IMG/VR virus record: IMGVR_UViG_3300027759_000402 | Coordinates: 1 to 24,558 of that record | Length of the DNA: 24,558 nucleotides | Source of the DNA: a virus | Lineage: Duplodnaviria > Caudoviricetes | Direction: 5' to 3' (one strand) | Shown: positions 24,378 through 24,558 of the stretch, in pieces | Position numbering within the stretch: the first letter of the stretch is position 1 | Layout: each line of letters starts with the position of its first letter | Notes under the pieces: model-generated | What the model was told of the DNA's origin: nothing | The model's input: only the letters and a program-made list of their open reading frames with translations | Database searches by the model: none | Translations under genes and position numbers: made by a program

Positions 24378-24558
24378 CGACAACCCTAAACACTATTTGT
24401 TTTGGTTCTGGCGGCTCATCATCGTTCTTATTTATATCTTCGATGGTCTTTTTATTGGCATTAAGCAGATTCATACCGATAGTGCTTGAATCATTTGCCA
24501 GCTTTGTTAAGATCGCTATGTTTTGAAGCGCATCTGTTGACTGGCTTGGATTAACCTC
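24364..24558 (-). CDS. Terminase small subunit, C-terminal part (5'-truncated by window edge)
   Basis: Open frame EVNPSQSTDALQNIAILTKLANDSSTIGMNLLNANKK...PEPKQIVFRVVDASE* overlapping the TerL start; terminal beta-strand typical of TerS. Confidence 0.75.
   Translation of the reverse strand, partial: EVNPSQSTDALQNIAILTKLANDSSTIGMNLLNANKKTIEDINKNDDEPPEPKQIVFRVVDASE

Noticed and set aside
1-24558. CRISPR array, diversity-generating retroelement, invertible fibre locus or IS element
   Set aside because: No repeat-spacer array, reverse transcriptase, invertase or transposase seen by eye.
1-24558. Absence of lysis and repressor genes as evidence of a defective phage or GTA
   Set aside because: The window is partial at both ends; these genes may lie upstream of the terminase or helicase.

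Overview
About 24.6 kb of a temperate, long-tailed (siphovirus-type) phage, probably infecting a gammaproteobacterium, in its non-integrated (attP) form. The + strand (1-5215) carries the end of an early operon: an SF2 helicase C-terminus with a Zn finger, a Gp157-family protein, an HTH protein, several small hypotheticals, an Xis-like protein, a tyrosine integrase and one more small gene. It converges on a detailed attP (5187-5433) made of the 3' half of tRNA-Lys(TTT), an IHF consensus site, arm-type repeats and a terminator. The - strand (24558-5525) is the morphogenesis region: TerS (partial), TerL, portal, MuF minor head protein with a C-terminal HExxH extension, two small genes, scaffold, P22-like coat protein, a 4-gene fibre/appendage cassette, head-tail genes, tail tube, frameshifted tail chaperones, tape measure and a distal-tail-like protein. 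Most notable: (i) the MuF-metallopeptidase / putative immunity / DUF1640 module; (ii) no fibre gene after the distal tail protein, only an apparent deletion scar, while a repeat-rich fibre cassette sits between capsid and neck genes; (iii) a hydrophobic leader on the coat protein; (iv) a terminator plus a strong promoter with palindromes that splits the late region. All family calls come from motif recognition and synteny; no database searches were run.
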